64,000 nucleotides of DNA. It comes from Hypanus sabinus. Lineage: Eukaryota. Shown here piece by piece: positions 40,201 through 52,225 of the stretch. The DNA is taken from positions 53,072,001-53,136,000 of the forward strand of contig NC_082717.1 in NCBI RefSeq assembly GCF_030144855.1. Reading direction: 5' to 3'. Under the pieces are notes generated by a model. It had not been told where the DNA came from, did not search any database, and saw only the letters and a program-made list of their open reading frames with translations. A program made the translations under genes and the position numbers. Positions within the stretch are counted from its first letter, which is position 1; every line of letters begins with the position of its first letter.

Positions 40201-43200
40201 CTTGTACAGATGTTCTGTGCTCTGAAGTAGCTGTCCACATACACACCAGTACACGATGAACGGTTTCAGTTCAAAATATTGACTCTTTATTCCCCTCCTT
40301 GGATGCTTCCTAACCTGCTGAGTTCTTTCAGCATTTTGTGCATGTTACTTCAGAACATTATGTAATTTATATGATGCCACTGAGTTATTAAGCAAGTATG
40401 TGCTGATGCTGAACAGTATCTATAGATGCAGGGTACAGTAGTTTCAAATGATATGGTCTTTTGTAACAGTTGAAACTCATGGAACATTTCCCATTAACTG
40501 CCTTCTTTTCATCAAAGAAAGATTGCCAGAATACTGCACATAACATCGTTCAGTATATTGGATCAAATGTAGCACAAGTTCCGTTAGTGTTTCAATAAGT
40601 TGCTGACAGAATACTCCATCTTTGCAAAATCATTGGCTGTATTAAGATCTGAGGAACTGTTTTCCTGGAATTGAAGAATTTAAGTTATATTAAACTAGAA
40701 CATGTTTGTATCACTGTGTGCTGAGGGGTATGTGAAAGTGCTGACACATTGCTATGTAAGTGTAAATACAGAAGTTTGGTACTTTCTGGCTTCTTTTAGC
40801 TGAGTTTTGCTAACTACGTCTGATAATGAAATCCTCGAGGATTGTTGATGTGGAGAATTAACTTGCTGAAATTTTCTATTATTTGCCTTGTGGAATCTGC
40901 TCATCATTTCTGCATCAAATAAAACTAATTTCAGAAACAGCAAACTGATTCAATTAGGAATGATTTTGAATATCAAATGAACATCAATGAAATAGGATTT
41001 AAAAACATCAATGAAACAAGATTCAAAAACTTTATTGGACTTTGAGGTATTCAGAAACTTTCACTGCCACTGAATGTTAAATAAACATGAGGGGCATTGG
41101 CAGAGCCAATGTGTTTTTCAGATTTTTTTATTGACAGCAATACTTGTTCTATTGCACCTGCAAGATGCAACTGCTTTGTATGGGGCTTCCCAATAAGATC
41201 AGGTAACTCCTGACAAGTTAATTTGTACCTGTGCCAGTGTTGAAAATACAAGGATTTCACTGCTGGCAACAAGTTTTTCTGTGGATTGGTTCAATATATA
41301 CAGTGCCTATAAATGGTATTCACTCCCCTTGGAAGTTTTCATGTTTTATTGTTTTACAACATTGAATCACAGTGAATTTAATTTGGCTTTAGGCACCAAT
41401 CAACAGGAGCAGACTCTTTCGTGTCAACGTGAAAACAGATCTCTACAAAGTGACCTACATTAATTACAAATATAAAACACAAAATAATTGATTGCGTAAG
41501 TATTCACCCCTTTCAAGTCAGTATATAGTACATGCACATTTGGCAGCAATTACAGCCTTGATTATGTGATTGCAGCTTTGCACAACTGGACACTGCAGTT
41601 TTTCCCCATTCTTACTAAACTGCTCAAGCTTTGTCAGATTGCATGGTGATCATGAACGAAGAGCCCTTTTCAAGTCCAGCCACAAGTTCTCAATTGGATT
41701 GAGGTCTGGACTCTGACTTGGCCATTCCAGGACATTAACTTTGTTTTTAAGCTATTCCTGTGTAGCTTTAGCTTTATGTTTGGGGTCGTGGTCTTGCTTG
41801 AAAACAAATCTTCTCCCAACTTGCAGCTCTCGTGCAGACTGCATCAGGTTTTCCTCCAGGACTTCCCTGTATTTTGCTGCATTTCTTTTACCCTCTACCT
41901 TCACAAGCGCTCCAGAGCCTGTTGCCGTGAACATCCCCACAGCATGATGTAGCCACCAGCATGCTTCATGGTAGGGATGGTGTGATTTTGATGATGTGTG
42001 GTCTTTGGCTTATGCCAAACAGCATTTAGTCTGAAGGCCAAAAAGCTCAATTTTGGTTTCATCAGACCATAGGACCTTCTTCCAGCTGACTTCAGAGTCT
42101 CCAACAAGCCTTCTGGCTGAGATTTCATGAAAGTTTTTTTTTTCAGTTGTGGCTTTCCCTTTGGCACTCTTCTATCAGCCACTGAAGCTCGAGTTGTCAT
42201 AGGTCTCTTGGTGGCTTCCCTCACTAGTCCCCTTCTTATAAAGTCACTCAGATTTTTGAAGATGGCCTGCTCTAAGCAGGCTTGCAGCTGTGCCATATTC
42301 TTTCCATTTCTTGATGATTGTCTTAACTGTACTCCAAGGAATATCCAGTGACTCAGAAATATTCTTGTATCCATCTCCTGACTTGTGCTTTTCAATAACT
42401 TTTTTCAGGAAGTTGCTTGGAGTGTTCTTTTGTCTTAATGGTGTAGATTTTGCCAGGATACTGACACAACAGCAGTTGGACCTTCCAGATACAGATGTAT
42501 TTTTATTACCATCAATTGGAAATACCTTGACTGCACTCAGGTCTCCAAAATCAGATTCCCCCTTAACTAATTATGAGACTTCTAAAACCAACTGGCTGCA
42601 CCAGTGATGATTTGGTGTGGCATATTAAAGGGGAGAGGGGATCAATACTCATGCAATCAATTGTTTGGTATTTTATATTTCTAATTAATTTAGATCATTT
42701 TGTAGAGATCTGTTTTCACTTTGACACGAGTCCTTTTCTGTTGATCAGTGTCCAAAAAAAAAGCCAAATTAAATCTACTGTGATTCAATGTTGTAAAACA
42801 ATAAAATTAAGGTGAAAACTTCTAGGGTGGGGGGGGGGGAGAGGGTGCAGGCATTGTATATGCATAAAAATGCAAAAAAAAAATGCTGGAAATACTTTTT
42901 TTGAATTTCCAGCATCTGCAGATTTCCTCGTGTTTGCTCTGGAAATTCTTAGCAGATCAGGCAGGATTTGTGGACAGACAAGCCTGATTAACATGTTAGG
43001 TTGGAGACTGTTAATCTGATGAAGTCATTGGCCTCAAACGTTAATTATTTTTCAGAAGACTGAATATTTTCAGCATTTTTTTTGTTTTGCTTCTGATCTG
43101 AAGCATTTGCTTTCCATATTATAATACCCAGTATCTTTAATGCAGGTAATAAGTCACCTGTTTGTCTATCCAATATTTAACTAATGCCAGTCATTTATGA

Positions 43201-43636
43201 ATAAATATATTGAAATCTTAGACAAATAATTATTAATGTGTAATTTGTTTATGTCCAGGGCCTTGTATGGGGTGTGGCGTATAAACTTCCAGATGGAAAA
43301 GAGGAAGAAGTAAAGAAATATCTTGACTTTCGAGAAAAAAATGGTTATAGGACTACTACTGTTACATTTTGTCCTAAAGATACTTCAATTAGTCCTTTCC
43401 CTGTGATGCAATATATTGGAACATGCGATAATCCTGATTATTTGGGCCCAGCACCCCTGGAAGACATGGCTCTGCAAATTTTGAATGCTGTTGGGCAAAG
43501 TGGAAGGAACACAGAGTATCTATTTAAACTTGCTGATTCCTTACGAAGTCTTGTACCAGAAGATACTGATGATCATATTTTTTCATTGGAGAAGATGGTC
43601 AAGGAGCTCATGACACTAAGAAAAGTGACTACGTAA
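31087..43636 (+). CDS. CHAC2: Glutathione-specific gamma-glutamylcyclotransferase 2 (ChaC2), complete 3-exon CDS, 182 aa
   Basis: Exons 31087-31221, 39726-39761 and 43259-43636, all phase 0 with GT-AG. ChaC motifs [38 protein letters not shown] (E74 and E83 present) and G.SGRN.EYLF.LA. Confidence 0.97.
31580..32075 (+). mobile_element. CR1 LINE 3' fragment
   Basis: Decayed ORF2 end and a 3' UTR like 17110-17315. Confidence 0.65.
32115..32545 (+). mobile_element. Penelope-like element 3' end
   Basis: [17 protein letters not shown], a pyrimidine tract, GTCCTGACGAAGGG...GAC and the GATGCTGCCTGGCCTGCTG tail. Confidence 0.8.
32788..34475 (+). mobile_element. Non-autonomous LINE-tailed repeat split by an antisense CR1
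   Basis: 5' half 32788-33110 matches the start of the 6583 copy; 3' half 34065-34475 matches 2705-3077. Confidence 0.6.
33111..34060 (-). mobile_element. CR1 LINE 3' fragment, antisense
   Basis: ORFs 33168 and 33609 ([22 protein letters not shown]). Confidence 0.88.
36615..37110 (-). mobile_element. CR1 LINE 3' fragment, antisense
   Basis: Reverse CR1 3' UTR (ACAGGCCCTTCAGCCCAC) and ORF2 end. Confidence 0.65.
37130..38361 (+). mobile_element. Rex1/Babar-like LINE, RT to 3' end
   Basis: [55 protein letters not shown]; tail AATAAACCTGGTTCTGATTCT. Confidence 0.9.
38620..39097 (+). mobile_element. Penelope-like element 3' end
   Basis: Homologous to 32115-32545; contains CTGATGAAGGG and the TTTCCAGCATCTGCAGA tail. 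Confidence 0.78.
39726..39761 (+). CDS. CHAC2: CHAC2 exon 2 (36 nt)
   Basis: ccctatag|[12 protein letters not shown]|gtaaat. Confidence 0.95.
41301..42856 (-). mobile_element. Full-length but inactivated Tc1 (IR/DR-type) transposon in CHAC2 intron 2
   Basis: TA|CAGTG...CATTG|TA ends with long TIRs. Minus-strand transposase motifs [24 protein letters not shown] and [16 protein letters not shown] (DD34E-type); frameshifted. Confidence 0.93.
43259..43636 (+). CDS. CHAC2: CHAC2 exon 3 coding part to TAA
   Basis: gtccag|[30 protein letters not shown]...[10 protein letters not shown], in frame with ORF 43274..43636. Confidence 0.96.
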   Translation, partial: GLVWGVAYKLPDGKEEEVKKYLDFREKNGYRTTTVTFCPKDTSISPFPVMQYIGTCDNPDYLGPAPLEDMALQILNAVGQSGRNTEYLFKLADSLRSLVPEDTDDHIFSLEKMVKELMTLRKVTT

Positions 43637-43754
43637 ACTGATGGAACAAAATGGCTCTGGAAAAAGAATTTTACTTTAACTCTTACTTTTTTTTAATTTA
43701 TCTGCTGTATTATTATTTCTGGCAATTGCCTATCTAAACATAAATAAGGTATTT

Positions 43755-43760
43755 AATAAA
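43755..43760 (+). terminator. Candidate proximal polyadenylation signal of CHAC2
   Basis: First AATAAA after the stop, followed by T/GT-rich sequence. Further AATAAA hexamers near 44229, 45176 and 45374. Confidence 0.45.
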
Positions 43761-44354
43761 GTATTTAGTTGTATTTCTGGCTTTGGGAATCGCCAGTAAG
43801 TTGTCGTCTGCCTTCAGCAATGCTATCTTAAACTGGAAGGTGGGTTCTCTCCTTGTTCGTCTCTGGCCCTTGGTTCTTTCTCTAGAGATAATCCATATCA
43901 AATTTATAGTATAATTAAACACAGAAAGGTTTGTACTGGATACCTTGTGTATTTGGGTATTATGTTTATTGTTAACATTTGTTATAAAATTCTGTATCTA
44001 AATGGAGAAACTGCAAATTAAATTCTACTTGAGGTAGGTATATCTAGTTAAAATTACATTTATATGGATGATCCCATCCGTTATTGTTGCTGTAAGCAGC
44101 AGACATTCAGGAATTGTAACTGTATATTAGAAGGTTAATCTGCTTGTGTAGTATTTGATAATGGGGTTTTCTATTGTAAATCAGTTCTGTGGTTCATTTT
44201 GTTTTGAGAACTCTAGAATGCTTCAAGAAATAAAACTGGTCAAACAGTATCTGTAGAGAAGCTGGATTTAATACTTTGGTTCAGTAATCTTCCACCTGAA
44301 CCAGGAAAAAGCTCGTGCAAGGACAGAAAATTACAGAATGAAAGGAAAGACAAT

Positions 44355-44556
44355 CAAAATGCTAGAGGAACTCAGCAGGCCAGGCAGCCTCTATGAAAAA
44401 GGGTACAATTGACATTTTGTGTCGAGACCTGCCGAAAGGTCTTTGCCCAAAATGTCAACTGTACTCTTTTCCATAGATGCTGCCTGGGCTGCTGAGTTCC
44501 TCCAGCATTTTGTGTGTGTTGCTTGGATTTCCAGCACCTGCAGATTTTCTCTTGTT
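44355..44556. mobile_element. Palindromic (head-to-head) Penelope-derived repeat
   Basis: About 76-bp inverted arms spanning 44355-44512, followed by the rest of the PLE tail. Confidence 0.8.
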
Positions 44557-45735
44557 TGAGAATAAAAGGAAAGATCTGTTATATAGGGTTGGGGATCAGT
44601 TGTTGAATAAACAACAAAGGGATAATGATATGATGCAGGAGAACAGAGTTTTCAGAAAGCAGATGGGGTTTTAATGGAGTTGTAAATGAAAAAGATCCTT
44701 GCCATTGCATCACCTTGCTGACTGAAAAGGTAGAAAGGAATTTCAGATTATAACCAGAGTTTCACATTACCATTGTACTCACTGCTGTTTTTTTTTTTGG
44801 ATTGTTGGTGCTGGCAGACGTTGCTTTGTAACACGTGCAATTTGCGGACAAATTCTCCTCCGCTTAAGGGTACTAAAGTTTCACTAATTTGTAGATTTCT
44901 GCCAAATAAATACTTGGGAAAGGTGATATAAACTTAAGTTTTATACAGAATGAAAAGCTATTATCTTTTTGGTACTTCAAAGCTATAATGTTTATTCAAA
45001 AATATTGCTTTTGACTTGAATATTTTAAATCTGTATTTGCTCTTTAGACACTGATTGTTTAGATTTGTCGCCAACTGCTGACTTTTAGCAGAAATGATCC
45101 GGTGCTTCATGAATGTGTTGTGAATTAGTATCGTTGATCAAACTTTTGAGGGAATCTCAAATATAAGGCACTTCTAATAAAATCAACAAAGTGCAAACGT
45201 TGGTTTGAAATATATTGCCAACATTTACATGTAAAATTTAAAAATCTGAAATTTTTAGTGATCTGCAATACTGACTATCATAATGTTCTAACCATCCAAA
45301 GTTGTTGGGACCTGTTTAATATGCTATTATTTTCAGGATTAATTTCAAAAATTTCCATTCTAATTGGAACAAAAATAAACTTCATAATTCTTACAAGAGA
45401 ATATCTGGTCTGCCATGTCTGTGGTGAAACTTAAAGAGAATTGTCATGGTTTTAATCCGCATGCTAGTATTTTCTCAGTCACCATGAAAACTAGCTTCCT
45501 TCAGATATATCTCCATTTGTTTTTTTTTTCTCAGAGTTCTGATGAAGGGAATTGCAGATCATCTTGACTTACTATGTTGAACTATTTTTATCGTCTGCAA
45601 GCATTAACTGAATTTCAGAGGAATATTTATATAATTGCCGCTGTTCCTTTAAGCAGATAGTCACTCTGTCATGTTCTATTTTCAGAATGTCTATTCTGTT
45701 ATTTTGATTTCATGGAAATCCTCTTGGACAAAATA

Positions 45736-46605
45736 CAGTACCTATAAAAAGTATTCACTCCCTCTGGGAAGTTATGTTTTATTGTTTTACAACATTGAAT
45801 CATGGTGAATTTAATTTGTCTTTTGACACTGATCCATAGGAAAGACTTGTGTCAAAGTGAAAACAAATTTCTACAATTTGGTCTTAATTTATTGCAATTA
45901 TTACACACAAAATAATTGCATAATATTCACCCCTTTCAAGTCAGTGTTTAGTAGTTGCACCTTTGAAAGCAAATACAGCCTTGAGTCTGCGTGGCTAGGT
46001 TTCATCAGCTTTGCGTATCTGGACGCTACAATTTTTCCCCAATCTTCATTACAATACTGCTCAAGCTCTGTCAGATTGCATGGGGATCATGAGCAACAGC
46101 CCTTTTCAAGTCCAGCCACAAATTCTCAATTGGATTGAGGTCCAGGATCATGAACTTTGTTTTTAAGCTATTCCTGTGTAGTTTTGGCTTTATGCTTGGG
46201 GTCATTGTCTTGCTGGAAAACAGATCTCCCGAATCACAGTTCTATTGCAGACTGCATCAGGCTTTCCTCCAGGATTTCCCTGTATTTTGCTGCATTCATT
46301 TTGCTCTCTACCTTAACCTTCCAGGGTCTACTGCATGTTGCAGCCACCACAGTAGAGTGTTTTTTGATAACGTGTGGTGTTTGGCTTACACAAGCCTAGC
46401 CTTAAGTCTGATGACCAAAAAGCTCAATTTTAGTTTCATCAGACTGTTCTTTCAGTTGATTTCAGAGTCTCACATATGGCTTTGGGCAAACTAGCCAAGA
46501 TTTCATGCAAGTTTTTTTTTCCAACAGTGGCTTTCCCTTTGCCATTTCTACCATAAAGCTGTGACTGGTGAAGCACCTGGGCAACAGTTGTATGTGCAGT
46601 CTCTT
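45736..46605 (-). mobile_element. Truncated second copy of the same Tc1 family
   Basis: TA|CAGTACCTATAAAAAGTATTCAC start; colinear with 41301 to about 42170, with internal deletions; other TIR absent. Confidence 0.88.
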
Positions 46606-47664
46606 TTGCCTTAATTTAATTAGCACTCTTTTACTTCATACAGAGAGTATAAGTAGTGTCTAGTAAATCCATGCCGTAACATCTCTTATTAATCCTTCCT
46701 TGCCCGTGAGAGCAGTTTCTGTCAGATTCAAGCTGCCTGTAGTTACTGTGTTTATCCCATAAACTTTGGTTATAATTGGCCTTGTGTTACTTTTTCAGTC
46801 CTTATTATCTAAGGGGGACTGAAGGATTGTAGTCAGTTCTGCTGTCTCCACTCTAGCATCTGTCACCCAGGACTGCATCGTCTTTAGATGGAAGTAAGAA
46901 ACAAAATGCCCCAGATACTGTAATTCTGATGAATGGAAATATTCAATAGTTAAGTATAAATGTGGTGAGAGAGTTGATGATCTTTGAATAGTTCTCAAAC
47001 ATAACTGTTTCTCTTCCTGTTTCTGAACTTTTAGATGTGTGGCTTTTCAGTTATGCTGGCCTGTTTTGTTGTCTGACATTGTTATCCCCTCCTCATTCAG
47101 CTTTAACTTAAATCCTTTTATCTGAAAATATAGCGTCAGCCTCCTGTAGATTTCTTGTTCATAACATGTACTGCCTGTAACTACCTTTGAGACTTAAATT
47201 TGCTTTTATATTAACTACATTTTTATCTCAATCACTCTTTGATTTGTACCTCAATTTCGTCCCTACATCTCCACTCTGTAGGATTTGGAAATTGTCTAGT
47301 TACCAACTGTGGTCTGTCATACCTGACATTTGTCATGAATTACATTAGATAGAATATACAGCACAATAATGGGCTTTTTAGCAACTTGTCTCTGCTCTAG
47401 CCTTATTGCTGTCTTTTGGCATATTGAAACATTTTTACCTATTAAACAAACTTCAGAGAGAGTGGGGAAAAGATTATAAAAAGGTTGTAAATATAAGGAA
47501 TTTCATGTGCATGCACAGTCAATCAGAGGTGGATCTCCAGATAAGAGGTATACAAAATCAGGATAGAGGCAGAAAGGATGACTAGGTTTTGCCTCTTACA
47601 GATAAGATCAAGATGAGTAGCCACTCAACATCTATCACATGGTAGCAATATCATTTTCTGTGAT

Positions 47665-48950
47665 GAAGTATTTGAGTTGGTGATGGCTAGAAAGAACTAT
47701 CCTGACAAGGACATGAATCTAATGCAGTTTGCTTACAGTCATAGCAGGACTACAGCAGATGCAATCTCACTGGCTCTCCTGGAATTAGGACCACCTGACA
47801 AATATCAATACCTGTTGTTTATCAATTGCAACTTGCCTTCAAATACCATCATTCCCTCAGTATTAATGAACAAGCTTTAAAATCTGTACCCCTCTACCTC
47901 CCTTGCTAAGGATTGTTGACTTCGTTAATGGGAGACCACAATCTATACAGATTGGCGATAACATCCTCTCCTTGTTGGCAACCAACAGAGGTGCAGATAC
48001 ACCTCAAAGATGCATGCTTAGCCTACTGCTCTACTTTCTCTACACCCAGGATTGTATCGCTAGGCACAGCTCAAATGACATCTATAAATTTGCTGATGAC
48101 ACCACTATTGTTTGCACAAACTCAGATGGCAACGAGGACATGTACAGGAGGAAATAGTTTGGCTGGTCAAATAATGTTGTAACAACAGTGTACTCAATGT
48201 CAGTAAGACCAAGGAATTTATTGTAGGCATCGGGAAAACACACCAGTTCTGATTGAGGGATCAGAGGTGTAAAGATGAGTAGTTTCACTGCTGGGCATCA
48301 ACATTTCACTATATTGATCCAGTCATGTTAAGGCATATGGTTATACTTAATTAGGAGTTTGAGGAAATTTGGTACATCAGAAAATACTAGCAAATTTCTA
48401 TAGATTTATATGGAGATTATTCCATGATCACCCAGGGCATCCCGTCTTCTCATTGTTACTGTCGGAAAGGAGGTACAGAAGCCTGAAGGCACACACTCAG
48501 CAATTCAGGAACAGCTACCTTCACCTTGTCCGAAGTGGACATTGAACGCGTGAACACTGTCATAAACAGTTTCAAAAATATGTATTACATCTGTTTTTGC
48601 ACTACTTTTAATCTATTTAATATGCACAAATATTTAGGGAGATTGCTTTAGTTTTTCTCAATATTATCGTGTATTGCCTAAAACTGCTACTGCTAATTAA
48701 CAAATTTCACAATACATGCCAGTGATAATAAACCTGATTCTAATTCTGGTTGTGTCACTTTGTGGTATGGAGGTACCAGTGCACAGGATTGAAAGAGGCT
48801 CCAGAAGATGGTAAACTCAACCAGCTCCACCACTGAATACATCTTCAAATGGCAGTGCTTTACAAAGCTGGCATCCATCATTAAGGACCCTCGCAATCTG
48901 GAACATGCCCTCCTCTCACTACTACCACCGGGGGGAAGTATACAAGACAC
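47665..48950 (+). mobile_element. Rex1/Babar-like LINE fragments (two nested pieces)
   Basis: QFAY..SRTTADAISLAL, KFADDTTIV, tail AATAAACCTGATTC at about 48730, after which ORF2 sequence resumes. Confidence 0.8.
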
Positions 48951-48959
48951 AAGTCCATC

Positions 48960-49612
48960 AACCCATTCTCATAAGACATGCTCTCTAGTCTGGACCCTCT
49001 CTGAACCTTCCACATCTTTCCTACGTTGAGGTGACCAGAAAAGAATACAATATTCCAAGTGTGATTTAACCAGGGGTTTATAGAGCTGCAACATTTCTTC
49101 ATACACCTTCTAAACAACCTTATCAGCTTGTGCTGGAATTTTGAGGGCTCTATGGATGTGAACCCTAAGATCCCTATGTTACTCCATTCTGTTAAGAATA
49201 CTGCTATTAACCCTATATTCTTTCAAATTTAACCTTCCAAAGTGAATCACATTACACTTTTTTCAGATTGAGCACCATCTGCCACTATTCAGCCCAGCTC
49301 TGCAGCCGACAACAACCCTCCACACTATACACAATCCACCAACCTTTGTGTTATCTGCAAATTTACTAGCTCAGTTTTCCGCTTCCTTGTCCAAGATCTT
49401 TATGTAAATCACAAAGAGCAGGGGTCCCAGAACTTTGTGGAACACCACCAGTCACTGACCTCCAGGCAGAATACACTCAATCTACAACCACCCTCTGCCT
49501 CTGTAGCAAGCCAATTCTGAATCCACACTGATAAGTTTCCCTGGATCCTATGTATCCTACCTTACTGAATGGGCCTGTCCTGTGCAACCTTATCAAATGC
49601 TTTACTGAAATT
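48960..49612 (-). mobile_element. CR1 LINE fragment, antisense
   Basis: Reverse-complement RT region ([28 protein letters not shown]). Confidence 0.75.
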
Positions 49613-49799
49613 TGTAAGAACTTCTCCAGTCCAGAACAGAGTTAAAAAGGTTCAGTCATTTCATTACCTCCAGATTTCTACTCATTTCAGCCTTAAATGG
49701 CCTTTTAATTTTTCTCTTCAAATGACAAACCTGTCATTCAAGGAATTATATTTGATAATAAAAAAATTGCAGCTGTTGAAAATCTAAAATAATTCTGTG

Positions 49800-50335
49800 T
49801 GTGAGGCTGAGTGTGGGCTGTAGGAAGGATAAGCAGCTGAGCTGTGGTACCGTAGTTCAGGGAGTGAGAGAAGAGAAATGTAATTGTGGACAGTATAATC
49901 AGGGGAAGAGACAAATTTTGTTCACAAGAGTTGAGAGTCCTGAGGTCTGTATTGTCAACTCAGCTGATCTGTAGAGGAATTTTAGTAGGGGGGAAGACCC
50001 AGTTCTCTTGGTTCATGTGGGTACCAATGACAAAGGAAAAATGAGGGAAGTGTTTTGCAAAGGGAATTTGAGCAGCTAGGGTAAAAGGTAATTATCTCAG
50101 GATTGTTATCTGAGCCACGTGTAATTTGACATGGAGTTAATAAGATCAGAGAGATAAAGGTGTGGTTTAAAGATGGGTGTGGGAGAAATATGTTTGAATC
50201 CGTGGGACAATAGCACCAGTATTTGGAAAGGAGGGACCTGTTCTCATGGGATGGTCTCCACCTGAACCATACTGGAACTAGGGTCCTGGTAAGTCACATA
50301 ACAAGACATGTAGATGGGGCTTTAAACTAAATAAT
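49800..50335 (+). mobile_element. CR1 ORF1 SGNH-esterase fragment
   Basis: Decayed DSIIRG, VHVGTND and DGLHL blocks. Confidence 0.7.
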
Positions 50336-50479
50336 AGGGGGTGGATTCAACAGCTTGGAAAAGTGTGGATAAAGTAAAAGAGAAGAGTGCAAGAGAGGTT
50401 ACAGAAGACATCAGAATAATGAATAAAACAAAATGTTTAGCATGGGATAAGAATTTAACTTCAAGCAACTTGTAGTGAT

Positions 50480-52225
50480 ACACTTTAGTAGAAGGAATAA
50501 AGGTGTAGACTATTTGCTGAACAGGAAGTAAATCCAGAAATTAGAGATGCAAGGGCACTTGGGGGTGGGGGTGGTCCTGGTGTTAGATTCCCTAAAGCTT
50601 AATTTGTTGATTCGAGTCAGTAGTAAGAAAGGTAAATGCACCATTAGCATTCATTTCTAGAGCACTAGACTTTAAGAGCAAGGATGTAATGCTAGAGCTT
50701 TATAAGGTATTGGTCAGACCACATTTGGAGTATCATGAACACTTTGACTAGAGACCTGTGAATCCTAATGTGCCACAGGGATTGGTGCTGGGCCCATTGT
50801 TGTTTTGTCATCTATACCAATGATCTGGATGATAATGAGGTTAACTGGATCAACAATTTGTGGAGGTGTAGTGGACAGAAGGTGTAGGTGAGGAAGGCTA
50901 TCACAGCCTGCAGAGGGAGCTGCATCAGCTGGCAGGTAGAATTTAATGTGGACAAGCTTGAGGTTTTGCACTTCAGTAGGACCATCCAGGATAGGTCTTA
51001 CACTGTGAACAGTAGGGAAACTGAGGAGTGTGATAGAACAAAATCTGGGAATGCAGGTACATAATTTGTTGAAAGTGGCATCACAGTAAAAATCTGGACA
51101 TAAAGAATGCTTTTGGCACCTTGGCCTTCATAAATCAAAGTATTGAGTACAGGAGTTGGGATGTTATGTTGAAGTTGCATAAAACGTTGGTGAGGCCTAA
51201 TTTGGAGTATTGTGTGCAGTTTTGGTCACCTACCTGGAGGAAAGATGTAAACAAGGTTGAAAAAGTACAGAGAAAATTAACAAGAATTTTGCCAGGTCTG
51301 GAGGACCTGAGTCATAAGGCAAGATTGAATAGGTTAGGACTGTGTTCTTTGGAACACAGAAGATTGAGAGGAAATTTTATAGAGGTATACAAAATTATGA
51401 AGGGTATAGATACGGTAAATGCAAGCAGGAGTTTTCCATTGAGCTTGGGTGGGACCACAACCAGAGGACATGGCTTAAGTGTGAAAGGTGAGAAGTTTAA
51501 GGGCAAAATGAGGGGAAACCTCTTCACTCAGAGGGTTATGAGCTGCCAGCACAAGTGGTCCATGCGAATTTGATTTTAATGTTTAAGATAAATTTGAAGA
51601 TACATGGTCGGGGTACAGAAGTCTGTGGTCCCAGTGCAAGTGGATGGGTGTAGGCAGTTTAAATGGATTTTGCATGGACTAGATGGGCTGAAGGGCCTGT
51701 TTTTGTGCTGTACTTCTCTATGACTTCTGAATCGCATATTTAGGAAAAAATGTGCTGGCATTGGAGAGGGTCCAGAAAGGTTTAAGAGAATGATCCCAGG
51801 AATGAAGGGGTTAATGTATGAGGAACATTTGATGGTTCTGTGCCTATACTCACTAGAGTTTATAAGAATGTGAGAGAATTTTATAGAAACCTGCCTGATG
51901 TTGAAGAGTCTAAATAGAGAAAATGTTTGATGGACAGAATGTTTCTAAAAGCGGAAGAGACTTGGACCAGAGGACGCAGTCTCAGAATGGGACTTCTCTT
52001 TAGAACTGAGATGAGGAACTTCTTCAGCTGAAAGGAGATTAATCTGTAGAATTTATTGCACAGAGGGCAGTGGAGGCCAAGTCATTGGACATAGCTAAAG
52101 CGGAGGTTGGTAAGTTCATAATTGGTAAGGTGTTAATGCTTAATAGGGAGAAGGCAGAAGATTAAGGTTGACAGGGAAAATAAAACAGTCATGATTGAAT
52201 GGTGGAGCTGAATGAATGGTCTAAG
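50480..52225 (+). mobile_element. Nested CR1 LINE fragments
   Basis: The outer CR1 (50480-50745, resuming about 51737-52225) is split by a second CR1 (about 50860-51730; ORF 51121 RPNLEYCVQFWSP). Confidence 0.85.
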
